A stretch of 64,000 bases of DNA from Candidatus Latescibacterota bacterium (GCA_965219995.1 CBDCOX010000002.1:1280001-1344000); one strand, 5' to 3'. Positions 19,964 to 30,270 are shown, counted from the first letter of the stretch. Notes: a model not told the origin generated them from the letters alone. Numbers and translations are program-made.

Positions 19964-21649
19964 TTACCGGCTTACGACTTCCCCGTCGAAAATCTCGAGT
20001 GCCATCTGGACGCGTTCGTCGGTCGCCGTCCCCCGGTCCTGCGCTTCGCCGCCGCCATCCGCCCGGTCGACGTCACAGTTGACGCGAAGGGAAACGCCGA
20101 AGAAGTCGCCCGTTGCCCCTTCCAGAAACACCCCGTTGCGCCGGACCTGTTCCGCGTGGAACGAATTGCCCGACTTGAAGATGAGTTCCAGCCGGCGGTC
20201 GCTCAGTGTCGCCGGCCTGCCCTCCGCAAGAAACGTTCCCAGACTCACCCTCTCAGACTTCACGTGCGCCACGAAGTCCGGCCACTTCTCCCGGACGGCT
20301 TCGAGCGTCAATCCGTCGCTGCGGGACGGCTCGGGTTCGGCCTGGACCTGCGCGGCGTGGACTTCCGGGGCCTCGACTTCCGGCGTCGGCGTTTCGCTGG
20401 AAACGTCGGCCGGCACGGGTGGGTCCGCGGGGCTCGGGCGGGCCGGCGGCCCCGGTTCGACGCGCGGTTCGGGCAGCCGTGTCGCGTTAGGCGCGGCCTT
20501 GCCTGTCCGCAGCATGCCTTCCAACCGGTCCAGCCGGGCCATCACCTCGTCGACGGCCAGGGACGGCGCCATTTTCACCAGCTTCATCACGGTCAGTTCC
20601 AGCCAGAATCGAGGATTCGAAACCCGGCCAAGCCGCGCTTCCAGGTCGGACACAGCCTGCAACATCCGCAGGAGATCATCCTCCTGGAATCTCGCGCCCG
20701 CCTCGCTGTACCGCTCCTGGTCGGCCGCAGACAGATCGTCGCCGGCAAGGCCGTCTGATACACGCGCCACCAGCAGGTAACGCACGTGTTCGAGCAGCCC
20801 CTGCGTAAACTCGCCGGTGTCGCCGCCTCCGTCCAGAACGCGTTCCACCGCGCGCAGTGCGGATGCGCCGTCTGAATCGAGCGCCGCCTGCGTGAGCTCG
20901 AAATAGACGTCGGAGGGAATCACACCCAGCAGTTCCCTTACCGCCCCGGCGGAAACGGGTCCGTCCGTATACGCGATGGCCTGGTCGAGCAGATTCTCGG
21001 CGTCGCGCAGAGCGCCGTCGGCTTTTCGGGCCAGCAGAAAGAGCGCTTCGTCTTCCGCTGCGACCTCCTCCGCCTCCAGGATCTTCCGGAGCTGGTCAAC
21101 GATGGCCTCGGTGGAAATCCGGCGGAAGTTGTATCTCTGGCAGCGGGAAAGAATCGTCTCCGGCATCCGGTGCGGTTCGGTTGTGGCCAGGACGAACACC
21201 ACGTGGGGCGGCGGCTCTTCCAGCGTTTTCAGGAGCGCGTTGAAGGCCTCAGCCGTGAGCATGTGAACTTCATCGATGATATAGACCTTGCGTTTGCCCC
21301 GGGAGGCCGCAAAGCCAACCTCTTCCCGCAACTGACGGATCTCATCGATGCCCCGGTTCGACGCGCCGTCGATTTCCAGGACGTCCATGCTTTTGTTGTC
21401 GGCAATCCCGGTGCAAAGTCCGCAACTGCCGCACGGCTCCGGCGTGGGCCCCTTTTCGCAGTTGAACGCCTTGGCCAGCAGCCGCGCCATTGTCGTCTTG
21501 CCCGTTCCCCGCGGGCCGCAGAACAGATAGGCCTGCACAACGCGGTCCGAACGGATGGCATTCTGCAGGGTCTGGACGATGTGGTCCTGCGCCACCACGT
21601 CCTGAAACACGCTGGGCCGCCATTTGCGGGCGATCACACGATAGGCCAT
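19964..21649 (-). CDS. dnaX: DNA polymerase III subunit gamma/tau
   Basis: ARKWRP, GPRGTGKTT, zinc motif, IIDEVHML, SRCQ. True start is MAYRVIARK; the ORF-track extension runs over the SRP RNA. Confidence 0.96.
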   Translation of the reverse strand: MAYRVIARKWRPSVFQDVVAQDHIVQTLQNAIRSDRVVQAYLFCGPRGTGKTTMARLLAKAFNCEKGPTPEPCGSCGLCTGIADNKSMDVLEIDGASNRGIDEIRQLREEVGFAASRGKRKVYIIDEVHMLTAEAFNALLKTLEEPPPHVVFVLATTEPHRMPETILSRCQRYNFRRISTEAIVDQLRKILEAEEVAAEDEALFLLARKADGALRDAENLLDQAIAYTDGPVSAGAVRELLGVIPSDVYFELTQAALDSDGASALRAVERVLDGGGDTGEFTQGLLEHVRYLLVARVSDGLAGDDLSAADQERYSEAGARFQEDDLLRMLQAVSDLEARLGRVSNPRFWLELTVMKLVKMAPSLAVDEVMARLDRLEGMLRTGKAAPNATRLPEPRVEPGPPARPSPADPPVPADVSSETPTPEVEAPEVHAAQVQAEPEPSRSDGLTLEAVREKWPDFVAHVKSERVSLGTFLAEGRPATLSDRRLELIFKSGNSFHAEQVRRNGVFLEGATGDFFGVSLRVNCDVDRADGGGEAQDRGTATDERVQMALEIFDGEVVSR

Positions 21650-21721
21650 AAGAGACAAGCCTCTCACCCATCCATCCGGCACGCACGAGCAGGATAAAAC
21701 ATCGGGAAGGGACGTTGAAAA

Positions 21722-21994
21722 GGCCGTGCACCCCGCTTCGGCTCTCAGGCCGGGGTTTTCGGAAAGCGCCAGCTCCCGCCAGGGGCTCCCGCGGCACACG
21801 GGCCGGGTCACCTACCGCTGCTACCTTCCGGTCCTGACGGGGTTCGGCAATCGTCCGTTGCGCAGGACCTGGCGATCAACACCACATTCTGACCGAAACA
21901 CGTCCCGGTATGAAAAGCCTCAGGCGGGGAATTCAACCCCGCTATAGCGGATTGCGGGCTACAGGGCGCCGCTACTTCCCCGTCTAGCACGACC
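21722..21994 (-). ncRNA. ffs: Large bacterial SRP RNA with Alu domain
   Basis: Minus strand has the helix-8 motif CCCGTCAGGACCGGAAGGTAGCAGCGG and an Alu-type 5' end (GTCGTGCTAGACGGGGAAGTAGCGG.GCCCTGTA.CC.GCAATCCGCT) pairing with 3' GCACGGC. About 270 nt, upstream of dnaX. Confidence 0.92.
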
Positions 21995-22058
21995 TGAAAA
22001 CAGGTTCAACAGCCGGCATGATGGCGGTGGGACCGCCGACGGCCGCCGGCGTTATTCC

Positions 22059-22134
22059 TGGTGGAGCTGATGGGATTCGAACCCACGACCTCCAGAGTGC
22101 GATTCTGGCGCTCTCCCAGCTGAGCTACAGCCCC
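22059..22134 (-). tRNA. tRNA-Ala(CGC)
   Basis: GGGGCTGTAGCTCAG...CCAGA-AT-CGC-AC-TCTGG...GGTTCGAATCC...CCA; 76 nt. Confidence 0.97.
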
Positions 22135-22186
22135 ACGCAATGTTTACGACGCACGAAGCATTAGGCCGGACAGGGACGTCCGCGTC

Positions 22187-22564
22187 TTATGCGTCGCTTT
22201 TTTCGATTGTGATTTCGTCTGCCCGTGAGGCCTCTTTCAATGCCTCAGCGCCGGAATGCACACGTCCGACGGGGTTTACGGGACTGGCCGGCCGGATCTC
22301 GTCCCCTTCGCTGGCAGGGGTCGGGCCATAGAAGATACAGAACGCCTTGCCCGGCGGCCAGTAGGCCAGATCGCCCGATTCCACCGTTTCCCGCGGGTCC
22401 TCCGGGTCGGCGGTGACGGGAATCTGGAAATAGATCTCGTCACCCCACGTGTTAAAGCCGCTCCGGATGGGCAACTCGGCCAGGATCCGGGACGCGGTTT
22501 CGGAATCGTTCAACTCCGCGTCCAGCTCGATTTCGCCGACCGTGATCTTGATGGAATTCGCCAT
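22187..22564 (-). CDS. Cyclophilin-like fold protein (DUF369-like)
   Basis: WGDEIYF, GDLAYWPPGKAFCIFYGPTP, ASPVNPVG. Confidence 0.8.
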   Translation of the reverse strand: MANSIKITVGEIELDAELNDSETASRILAELPIRSGFNTWGDEIYFQIPVTADPEDPRETVESGDLAYWPPGKAFCIFYGPTPASEGDEIRPASPVNPVGRVHSGAEALKEASRADEITIEKSDA

Positions 22565-22706
22565 TGGCTTCTTTAAGTCACAAACCCGATTTCACCCATG
22601 TACGGATAATGACAAAGACCTGCAGTCCGAAACTCCCGCTTATTGCTGGATTATAGCGTCAGGTCCGCCCACCCTTTGACAAAGAGCAGACGATGAAACA
22701 GATTTC

Positions 22707-22799
<93 letters not shown>

Positions 22800-23132
22800 A
22801 CAGAATCCGATCGTGACCCGGGAAAACAAGCCAATACGCTTGTGTCAATGTCCCGCCCTCGGGTTTGCCATCGCACAGAATTCCGGGCGGTTCGCCACGG
22901 CCGGGACACACCGTTCTCTACAAATATTAAGATACAATAATCCACCGATATCCGCAACATTTTCGGGATCAATCAGGATTGCCCGGTCCAGTGCAGAGGG
23001 AGCCTCGGATCCTGAATTCGTCGTCCTACCCTCCTTGATCCGTATCACAGTTTTCGCTAAATTGCGAAGGCATACCATGGATGGAATAGATCATCTATTT
23101 GCGGCGAAATACGAGACGAGGTTAATCGGAAG

Positions 23133-23825
23133 ATGAACGACACCATCTGTTGGGACGGACTTACGCAGGCTCGGTCCTGCAGCGCAGACGAAGCCGTCGC
23201 CAGGCATGCCCTGGCCGATGCCGCCAGGGATGCCGAATGGCCGCGCGTCTTCGAGATTCTCTCCAACTACCGAAAATGGTGGGACCCGACCCGGTACGGG
23301 AGTTGGGTCAATGCCATCCGGCTTGACGGTTCGTCCTGGTACGCCCCTTTGCATCAGGCTGCCTGGCACGGCGCGGCGGTGGCAGTTGCCGAACGGTTGA
23401 TCGGTCTTGGCGCGTGGCGGACGCTCAGGAATGCCCGGGGAGAGCGGCCGTTGGATATTGCCAGACGCAGAGGGAACCGCAACCTGCTACACGTGCTGGC
23501 CCCGGAATACAAGCAAGACATCCTTCACGAGGACCTGTCTGGAATTCAAGCGCACTTCCATGCCGTCATTCGCGGCCGCGCCGAACACCTGGTGGATGAA
23601 CAGAGACTGCGGTTGCCGCAATTGGAGCCGTTGCTGGAACTGGATAAACCGGAGATGTGGTTTGCCGTGCCGGGTATGGCGGGTGGATTCTCGTATCGGT
23701 TGGAGTCGGAAGGCAATCACGCCAGGCTCGTTTCCTCAAGCTGGTGCCGAATGGTGGGAGGTTCGGGAGAGCGACACGAGATCACGTCGCATGGCAGCCG
23801 CCTCGTCGACGAGGGGTTCGTCTAA
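23133..23825 (+). CDS. Ankyrin-repeat domain protein
   Basis: YAPLHQAAWHG...LIGLGA...GERPLDIA ankyrin repeat plus a C-terminal domain (WFAVPGMAGGFSY). Confidence 0.75.
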   Translation: MNDTICWDGLTQARSCSADEAVARHALADAARDAEWPRVFEILSNYRKWWDPTRYGSWVNAIRLDGSSWYAPLHQAAWHGAAVAVAERLIGLGAWRTLRNARGERPLDIARRRGNRNLLHVLAPEYKQDILHEDLSGIQAHFHAVIRGRAEHLVDEQRLRLPQLEPLLELDKPEMWFAVPGMAGGFSYRLESEGNHARLVSSSWCRMVGGSGERHEITSHGSRLVDEGFV

Positions 23826-23985
23826 TCTGCTGCGTATTGACCGTTGTTCCTTTCGAGCAAAATTCCGACGAGTCATTTCACAGCTTCGTTTTTCCTCGGG
23901 ATGCTACCGCGAGTTCGCGGTGTATGGATTTCGATTCACGAGAATAGACCGACAAGCAGTAGGCGCCACGGAGCACGTCTCACAC

Positions 23986-24879
23986 TCAGATGGTGTCGAA
24001 ATAAGAGTCCTTGACCTTGACTTCCTTGACCATTCGTTCTGTAACGTCGACACCGACTCTGTATTTGGCGATGAGTTCGCACAATTCGTCGCCGTCGATC
24101 AAGTCGATCGGTGGTGCGCCGTCCCGGGTCGCCTCCTTTCGTGCTGCGGGTGTGAATGTCCCCGTGGTAATAATCAAACCCTTGTCGCCCCGGCCCACCA
24201 TCGCGCCACGAAAATCACGCACGACACTAGCGCCAACACCGCCGGCATATCGCTTGCACTGGAAATAGATAGGAAAGCTGACGAGTGACATTCTGTAGAG
24301 TCCAACGCCATCCAGTCCACCGTCCCCGGAACGTCCGACAACTTCAACCTTCTGAAAACCTGCCTCTCTTAGAAGCAGCTTCGCGAGACGCTCAAACCCC
24401 TCCGGTTTCATCTTCTTGAGAATCGCGATGAGTGCGGATTTCCAGTCATCTTCTGGAATGGGTTCGGCGTCGTCCTTGCTCGTAGATTTCTCCTTCGCCG
24501 CCCGTGTTTCTGCCGCCCTTCTGCCTGCCAACTTCCGTGCTCCGTCGTAAGCTTTTCGAAGTTCCGCGTCTGCCACAACTTCATCCATATCAAGGTATTT
24601 GTTACCTACCGCGGTCATCGTGTAGATCCCGCGCTCGGTACTATCAAACGCACCGATCGCCTTGAGCCAATAAATCGCCCACCCCAATCTGTGTAAAGCC
24701 TTCGATTGCCCCGTTGGTCCAGCGTAAACGACCTCGATTTGCTCATCAGTCAGACCTACTGCACTGACAACCTGGTCCATTATTTCTGTGCGTGCTGCCG
24801 AACCGCCAAGATCGTGCATCACTTTCAAGACCGGCGAGAGGAAATCGGCTATACTGGGGATGTTCACGTAGTCTGACAT
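23986..24879 (-). CDS. mrr: Mrr-family (type IV) restriction endonuclease, Mrr_N plus Mrr_cat
   Basis: N-terminal winged helix (RLGWA..WLK) and catalytic FERL..LL...GF, GRSGDGGLDG, FQCKRY, VRDFRGAM, LIDGDEL. Confidence 0.9.
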   Translation of the reverse strand: MSDYVNIPSIADFLSPVLKVMHDLGGSAARTEIMDQVVSAVGLTDEQIEVVYAGPTGQSKALHRLGWAIYWLKAIGAFDSTERGIYTMTAVGNKYLDMDEVVADAELRKAYDGARKLAGRRAAETRAAKEKSTSKDDAEPIPEDDWKSALIAILKKMKPEGFERLAKLLLREAGFQKVEVVGRSGDGGLDGVGLYRMSLVSFPIYFQCKRYAGGVGASVVRDFRGAMVGRGDKGLIITTGTFTPAARKEATRDGAPPIDLIDGDELCELIAKYRVGVDVTERMVKEVKVKDSYFDTI

Positions 24880-25126
24880 ATAATCGACTCCTACCCTGGC
24901 GATTCGTGTTTGGGGACGCGTAATCGGTTTATACCTACGTCAATCATGTATTGTTTTTGCAGCAGCTTGCGCCTTACTCAAAAACAAAGCGACCGAACTC
25001 AATCCGCACGATATTCGACAGATTAAATGGGTCAGGCCAAAACGTGCGAAGCTGGGATCGGTTCACAGTAACCGTGATCGGTCCGTCAGATGAAACGTAT
25101 TGATTATACGAATTTTATCGGAAAAT

Positions 25127-25148
25127 TGGCGGAGAGGGAGAGATTCGA
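25127..25148 (-). repeat. Displaced copy of a tRNA-Ser 3' end (att-like relic)
   Basis: TGGCGGAGAGGGAGAGATTCGA matches 21/22 to tRNA-Ser(GGA) at 22708 and 20/22 to tRNA-Ser(CGA) at 26021, same orientation. Confidence 0.75.
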
Positions 25149-25278
25149 GGACCTATTTACTTGACGATACAAATGTGAGACGACGCTGCGGTGGGATGGG
25201 TTCCTGGGGACGGCGAAAGAACGAACGCCTGAAGATCAGGCTCCTGCCGACTTAAAGTCCACGCCTTAAATTACCCGT

Positions 25279-25905
25279 CTAAGCAATCGGACGTTGTGAG
25301 AGATCCAGTTCTGAGACATCGCGTGGAAGTGCGAACGGAAAACCCGGACGGGAAGGTTCCAGAAAAGTAATGGACTCATAGTAATCATCCAGTGGAACGA
25401 AAACACCATTCTTCTCGGCCCACAGACGCATTCCGCGATTGCAACAGTGCTTCCAGGACAAAACCTCAATTTTCCAGCCTCTCCTATACAAACGCTCCAA
25501 CGTGCTATGAAAACCTCGACCTTCGACATAACCGGCACCGTCACCCGTCAATAGCACCACGACACCAGGATTCTCAATGTTGTCCCAACCATCCTCCATC
25601 ATACGTAATTGCAACCATTGATCAGGAGTCTCTTGCTCTCCACCGCCGGAAGTACCACGATCAAACAAATAGACTTCTACGTCCTGGTTTTCCAGACGAT
25701 TCCAAAATTGATTCATCTCTGGAGGGATGGAACCGGCGGCGTAAGCCTTTTCCAAACTTCTGTCCGCCTGCGCCAATCGAAACAGATTTTCAAAATGAAT
25801 ACGGACACGAAAACGCGCGGTAGCGTCTCCATTCAACTCCTCTGCAAGTCGCTGTGCCTCGTAAAATACATTTGAGTTGTCCCAATAGATGAACACACCA
25901 CTCAA
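25279..25905 (-). CDS. NYN-domain (LabA/DUF88, PIN-like) putative ribonuclease, copy 1
   Basis: VFIYWDNSN, EQ..PD..L, LLTGDG, GWKIEVLSW. TTG start after AAGGAGG. Confidence 0.82.
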   Translation of the reverse strand: MSGVFIYWDNSNVFYEAQRLAEELNGDATARFRVRIHFENLFRLAQADRSLEKAYAAGSIPPEMNQFWNRLENQDVEVYLFDRGTSGGGEQETPDQWLQLRMMEDGWDNIENPGVVVLLTGDGAGYVEGRGFHSTLERLYRRGWKIEVLSWKHCCNRGMRLWAEKNGVFVPLDDYYESITFLEPSRPGFPFALPRDVSELDLSQRPIA

Positions 25906-26020
25906 AAGAAAGGAAACCTCCTTGTCACGTCTATGCCGTCCAAGACTCAAAATCCATCATCTCTAACGTGACCTGCCCCCAATTCAGGTTATGTCACACG
26001 TAATTCCCCTACAAGATTCA

Positions 26021-26111
<91 letters not shown>

Positions 26112-26193
26112 GCTCGAACGCGAGGTTGCGCAGGGTACCCGTACGGATTGCGACTTACACTCCCCTGCCGCAGCAGCCTGCTCCGTCGCCGCG

Positions 26194-26670
26194 TTACGGG
26201 TCTCTCTGGCGCAATGTTTGGAAGAACTTTTTCAGAATCCTCGAGCAGGGCGCCTCGAGGACGGCTCTGCGAACGTCGATCCGATGGTTGAGCCTGGGGT
26301 CGTCGACCACGTTTCTGAGCGAACCGCAGGCGCCGGTCTTTGGATCGTCTGCGCCGATCACCAGTCGGGACACCCGCGCAAGCACCAGCGCGCCGGCGCA
26401 CATCGCGCACGGTTCCAGCGTGACGTAAACGACACAGTCCGCCAGCCACTTCATGCCGGTGCGTGCCGTCGCGGACCGGATGGCCAGCATCTCCGCGTGC
26501 GCCGTGGGATCGTTGTCCCTCAGGACGCGGTTCTGCCCCCGCCCGACAACCTCCCCGTGGCGCAGAATGACCGCCCCCACCGGCACTTCGCCGGCGTTGC
26601 CGGCGCCCTCGGCCTCGGCCAGCGCCAGCTGCATTCCGGCTTCGTCCGCGTCGTACAATTCGCACACCAA
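26194..26670 (-). CDS. tadA: tRNA adenosine(34) deaminase
   Basis: GEVPVGAV, DPTAHAE, TLEPCAMCAGA, DPKTGACGS. Confidence 0.95.
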   Translation of the reverse strand: MVCELYDADEAGMQLALAEAEGAGNAGEVPVGAVILRHGEVVGRGQNRVLRDNDPTAHAEMLAIRSATARTGMKWLADCVVYVTLEPCAMCAGALVLARVSRLVIGADDPKTGACGSLRNVVDDPRLNHRIDVRRAVLEAPCSRILKKFFQTLRQRDP

Positions 26671-26825
26671 TTGGGCGGAGATTCACGTACTCAATGGGTT
26701 CCGGATCGGCAGACGAATATACCGCTTTACGTGTTCTGCGTCAATCATATTCACTGCAAATCCAAAGTGACAGAGCCGGGATCATGCGCCTTGAACCCTT
26801 GTCGAAAACCGGATGAGACCAGTCG

Positions 26826-28133
26826 TCACGATGCTCCCAGCTTCAGGGCGAAGAACGGGACGAGCATCTCCCGTTCATGCAGTCCGCCGTGACGGCCTCC
26901 GACGAGGTCGGAGGGCACGGCGTCATACCGATAGGCGTGGAACAGCGTGGCGCTGCCACGCATCAGGGCGAGCACGTCGCCGATCCGGCCCGAAAGTCCC
27001 GCTGCACGCGGCGCGTCTCCCCAAAGGCCGGCGGCAAGCGCGCGTTCGGTCTCGACAATGCGGGCCGAACCGCCCATCCCGCGCTCCAGGGCGGATTTCA
27101 CTTCCTGAACCGCGCCGTCGCGCACGTGGAAACTCGCCGACCGGGCCGTGCCCGTAGGCGGCGCGACCAGCCGGTTTTCCAGCCCGCCAATGGCAGCGAG
27201 GGGCACGACGTCCGCCTCGTCGACCTGAATATGCCCGTGGTCGGCAAGGAGCATGAACGAGGCGTTCACGTCCTGCCCCTCCAGAGGCGCCAGCAACTCT
27301 CTTTCAATCGCATAGCCCAGGCTATGGATTTCCCCCGCGGGCTCCTCGCCTCCAGCGCCGTATCGATGCTGGATTGTATCCATCGTGTCCGTATAGAGCC
27401 AGAGACACGCCGGTTGTCCCGGGTTTGCGGTCAACAGCCTTCGAACCTGGATAAAGAGATCCGACGCGTTCACGAACGGGACCACGTCCGTGGCGCCGTC
27501 GTACAGCATCTCCGACAGCCCGCTGTGGGCGAGCGAGCGATGGATCATGCAATAGGACGCAACCCCCGCCCCGGTCAACAGCCTGTGCACGGTGGGTACG
27601 CCCAAAAGGACCCGGGCGTCTCCGCTGTTCTGCAACATCCGGCCGAACCGCTCATCCGCCTCCGGACTCATCCGGATCATATTCGCCACGTATCCCCGGT
27701 CCGGCATGTACATCCGATAACCCGCGACGCCGTGCCCGGCAGGCGGAAGCCCCGTGTGAAACGACGACAAAGCCACTGCGGTCGTGGACGGAAAGACCGA
27801 TGTTATCGGCACGATCCGACCCCGCTCAGCCATTGTACTGAACCCCGGTACCGGCCCGGAATTCAAGACGTCAGTGAGCGTGAGATAGCCCAGGGCGTCC
27901 ACCAGCGCAATCGCCAGTTTCCGGGCGCCCGCCAGTTCGCGCCCCACGACCTCGTCGGCCAGGCCCGGCGCACCGACACCGCCGATCCCGAAATGCCGCA
28001 GCACCGTGGGCGCAACGTTCGCCACGCTGTACCCGTCGTAAGCCGGCCAGATGAATTCATCCGACCACGGCGTTTCGCCGAGCCTGCCGGGCCGCCGCAG
28101 GCGCTTCAATACATCGTTCGCAACAGGATTCAT
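26826..28133 (-). CDS. Alkaline phosphatase superfamily / nucleotide pyrophosphatase-phosphodiesterase
   Basis: LVDALG, SVFPSTT, D..QH.YG, LADHGH, HGGL...EM.VP. Confidence 0.85.
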   Translation of the reverse strand: MNPVANDVLKRLRRPGRLGETPWSDEFIWPAYDGYSVANVAPTVLRHFGIGGVGAPGLADEVVGRELAGARKLAIALVDALGYLTLTDVLNSGPVPGFSTMAERGRIVPITSVFPSTTAVALSSFHTGLPPAGHGVAGYRMYMPDRGYVANMIRMSPEADERFGRMLQNSGDARVLLGVPTVHRLLTGAGVASYCMIHRSLAHSGLSEMLYDGATDVVPFVNASDLFIQVRRLLTANPGQPACLWLYTDTMDTIQHRYGAGGEEPAGEIHSLGYAIERELLAPLEGQDVNASFMLLADHGHIQVDEADVVPLAAIGGLENRLVAPPTGTARSASFHVRDGAVQEVKSALERGMGGSARIVETERALAAGLWGDAPRAAGLSGRIGDVLALMRGSATLFHAYRYDAVPSDLVGGRHGGLHEREMLVPFFALKLGAS

Positions 28134-28309
28134 GCCAACTCCGATCCGATGGTGCCGCCTGCCGGAAAAAACAAGGACCCATAATAGACCGCGCCCGGTG
28201 TGATGTCAAGCCCGAAACCCCGTTCACGAACGCCATTACAGTACGGCCCAATGAACGCGGGAACCGCCAATTGCACGGCGTCGGCGAGGACGTCAAACAC
28301 CGTTTTTGC

Positions 28310-28338
28310 TTGACACCGCGCGGCCCTTGTGGTAATTT
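28310..28338 (+). promoter_or_regulatory. sigma70 promoter of tRNA-Asn
   Basis: TTGACA-17 nt-TAATTT, 24 nt before the tRNA. Confidence 0.7.
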
Positions 28339-28362
28339 CCTCCCGCGTCTGAGTGCCAGGGT

Positions 28363-28438
28363 TCCGGCGTAGCTCAGCTGGCAGAGCGGGTGGCTGTTAA
28401 CCACTAGGTCGTAGGTTCGAGTCCTACCGCCGGAGCCA
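28363..28438 (+). tRNA. tRNA-Asn(GTT)
   Basis: TCCGGCGTAGCTCAG...GGTGG-CT-GTT-AA-CCACT...GGTTCGAGTCC...GCCA. Confidence 0.97.
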
Positions 28439-28476
28439 ATTTTTGACTGTCATCGCCAGCGACTTTACAGTCTACC

Positions 28477-28510
28477 CGAGGCCCCGGAGGATGAGTCCTC
28501 CGGGGCCTCG
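28477..28510 (+). terminator. Hairpin downstream of tRNA-Asn
   Basis: Perfect 15-bp stem CGAGGCCCCGGAGGA / TCCTCCGGGGCCTCG; no clear U-tract. Confidence 0.55.
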
Positions 28511-28613
28511 TCGTAGTAAGACGCGAAGACGCTGCAGGACCGTTGTTCCGCAATATCGTCCCTCCAGCCTCGTGCCTTACATCAGCCGCGACAAGCGGTT
28601 TGGAGTGAAGCCG

Positions 28614-29060
28614 ATGACCGCTGGCAAGCCAGCGAAAAATGCAGCACGGGCCACCAACAAGCCGGTCCTCCTCTCGGGCGGCAATCCACAGATCGCGAAG
28701 GCGGACGGAGACGCACCCGTGCAGGCGTACATCGCGGCCATGCCGGGCTGGAAGCGCGACGTCGGACGGCGCCTCGACGAACTTATCGTGCGCAACGTGC
28801 CCGACGTGCGCAAAGCCGTACGGTGGAACTCGCCCTGGTACGGCATCGAGGGCGCGGGCTGGTTCGTGAGCTACCACGTGTTTACCCGCTACGTAAAAGT
28901 AACCTTCCTCAACGGCGCGTTACTGCAACCCGTCCCTCCAGGTTCAGGCAAAGACAGGGATTCTCGCTGGGTCGACGTCCACGAAGGCGAACTCGACGAG
29001 GCTCAGATGGCGGCCTGGGTCCGGCAGTCGGCCGCCCTGCCGGGATGGCGCGGGTTCTGA
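28614..29060 (+). CDS. DUF1801 (YdhG-like) protein
   Basis: LLSGGNPQIAKADGDAPVQAYI, KAVRWNSPWYG, W....AALPG. Confidence 0.85.
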   Translation: MTAGKPAKNAARATNKPVLLSGGNPQIAKADGDAPVQAYIAAMPGWKRDVGRRLDELIVRNVPDVRKAVRWNSPWYGIEGAGWFVSYHVFTRYVKVTFLNGALLQPVPPGSGKDRDSRWVDVHEGELDEAQMAAWVRQSAALPGWRGF

Positions 29061-29159
29061 CATCTGATGCCGTTCGATTCGTGAGCCGAGACGCTTTTTA
29101 CGAAGTAAGGATTCAGTCGGGTCCACCCTCTCCTGAGTTCACAATTGAAGGGATTTCGA

Positions 29160-29867
29160 GTGAATACGAACGTCGCCACAAGCCGAAGAACCTTAGCCCT
29201 GCTATCGACGCTGGTTCTGTGTCTTGCGCTTACTGGGAGTTGTGCCGATCAGGACATAAGCGAGACGCCGGAACGCGATGAATCGGCTGCCGCGGCCGAA
29301 AGCGGCGCGTCGATCGTGAATCCCAATTTGGCCCTTGTCGACGAACTCAGCGCGCTCCCGGGGATGACGCCGGAGCTTGCCGACGCCATTCTGCAACAGC
29401 GTCCGCATCTCAATATGGAAGCGCTGCACTCGGTCGTCACACAGCATATAAGCCGGGAGGAAGCTGAAAAGCTCTACGTGGGCATGTTCGTTCCGATCGA
29501 CCTGAACCGCGCCGGCAACCGGGAGATTCGCCTCGTGCCGGGCGTGGGAGAGCGAATCGCGCACGAGTTTGAGGAGTACCGCCCGTATACGGCCATCGCC
29601 CAATGGAAGCGCGAAATGGGCAAATACCTTGACGACGCCGAGGTGGAACGCATGGGTCGGTACGTCTTCGTGCCCATCGACCTGAATACGGCCACAGAAG
29701 CCGAAATCCTCGCCATCCCCGGCGTGGGCAAACGCATGGCGCACGAGTTCGAGGAGTACCGCCCGTATACGAACATGGAACAGTTCAGACGTGAGATCGG
29801 CAAGTACGTCAATGAAGACGAGGTCGCGCGACTGGAGCGGTACGTAGAGATTCGACCGCAGGATTGA
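29160..29867 (+). CDS. Exported helix-hairpin-helix (ComEA-like) repeat lipoprotein
   Basis: Lipobox-like LALTGSC and three HhH units. The last two (FVPIDLN...PGVG.R.AHEFEEYRPY) repeat with a 180-nt period. Confidence 0.8.
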   Translation: MNTNVATSRRTLALLSTLVLCLALTGSCADQDISETPERDESAAAAESGASIVNPNLALVDELSALPGMTPELADAILQQRPHLNMEALHSVVTQHISREEAEKLYVGMFVPIDLNRAGNREIRLVPGVGERIAHEFEEYRPYTAIAQWKREMGKYLDDAEVERMGRYVFVPIDLNTATEAEILAIPGVGKRMAHEFEEYRPYTNMEQFRREIGKYVNEDEVARLERYVEIRPQD

Positions 29868-29902
29868 GACCGACCCCCAGCTGCAGCCAGACCGATGTGC
29901 AA

Positions 29903-29940
29903 GAAAAGACCCCGCGACGAAATGCCCGCGGGGTCTTTTC
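29903..29940. terminator. Bidirectional intrinsic terminator
   Basis: 14-bp stem GAAAAGACCCCGCG / CGCGGGGTCTTTTC between convergent genes. Confidence 0.75.
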
Positions 29941-29964
29941 GTATCCGATGCAGGAGGGCCGCTT

Positions 29965-30270
29965 TCAGCCGGTCTCGTACCGCTTAACGTTGATTTCGCC
30001 TGACCGGGCTCGCATCCGTACGGCGTCGTACCAGGCCTGCATCCGCAGGAGCATCTCCATGCTTACGTCGAAGCACTTCTCGATGCGCAGAGCCATCTCC
30101 GCCGACAGGGCGGCGTGTCCGTTCAGCAGGGCCGAAAGCGTCGCACGGCGGACACCGAGCATTCGCGCCGCCTGTGTCACGTTCAGTCCCGATTCCTCGA
30201 TGACCTCGGTTCGGATAAAATCGCCCGGATGCGATGGGGTCATGCTTACGTCGATTCTGTTTGTATCCAT
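29965..30270 (-). CDS. higA: HigA-family antitoxin (XRE HTH), no adjacent toxin gene
   Basis: PSHPGDFIR, AA..LGVRRATLS.LLNG.A.LS.EMALRIEK.F, LRMQAWYD. Confidence 0.88.
   Translation of the reverse strand: MDTNRIDVSMTPSHPGDFIRTEVIEESGLNVTQAARMLGVRRATLSALLNGHAALSAEMALRIEKCFDVSMEMLLRMQAWYDAVRMRARSGEINVKRYETG

Noticed and set aside
19964-21649. Programmed frameshift in dnaX
   Set aside because: No A-AAA-AAG or long A-run slippery site was noticed.
2874-21697. Long antisense ORFs (e.g. 2874-4277, 6813-8387, 13959-15239, 18040-19239)
   Set aside because: Shadow frames of GC-rich, well-identified genes, with no motifs of their own.
21650-21990. ORF-track N-terminal extension of dnaX and small ORFs there
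   Set aside because: They overlap the SRP RNA; the conserved DnaX start is at 21649.
29487-29850. 180-nt-period repeat as a mobile or CRISPR repeat
   Set aside because: Explained by duplicated HhH protein domains.
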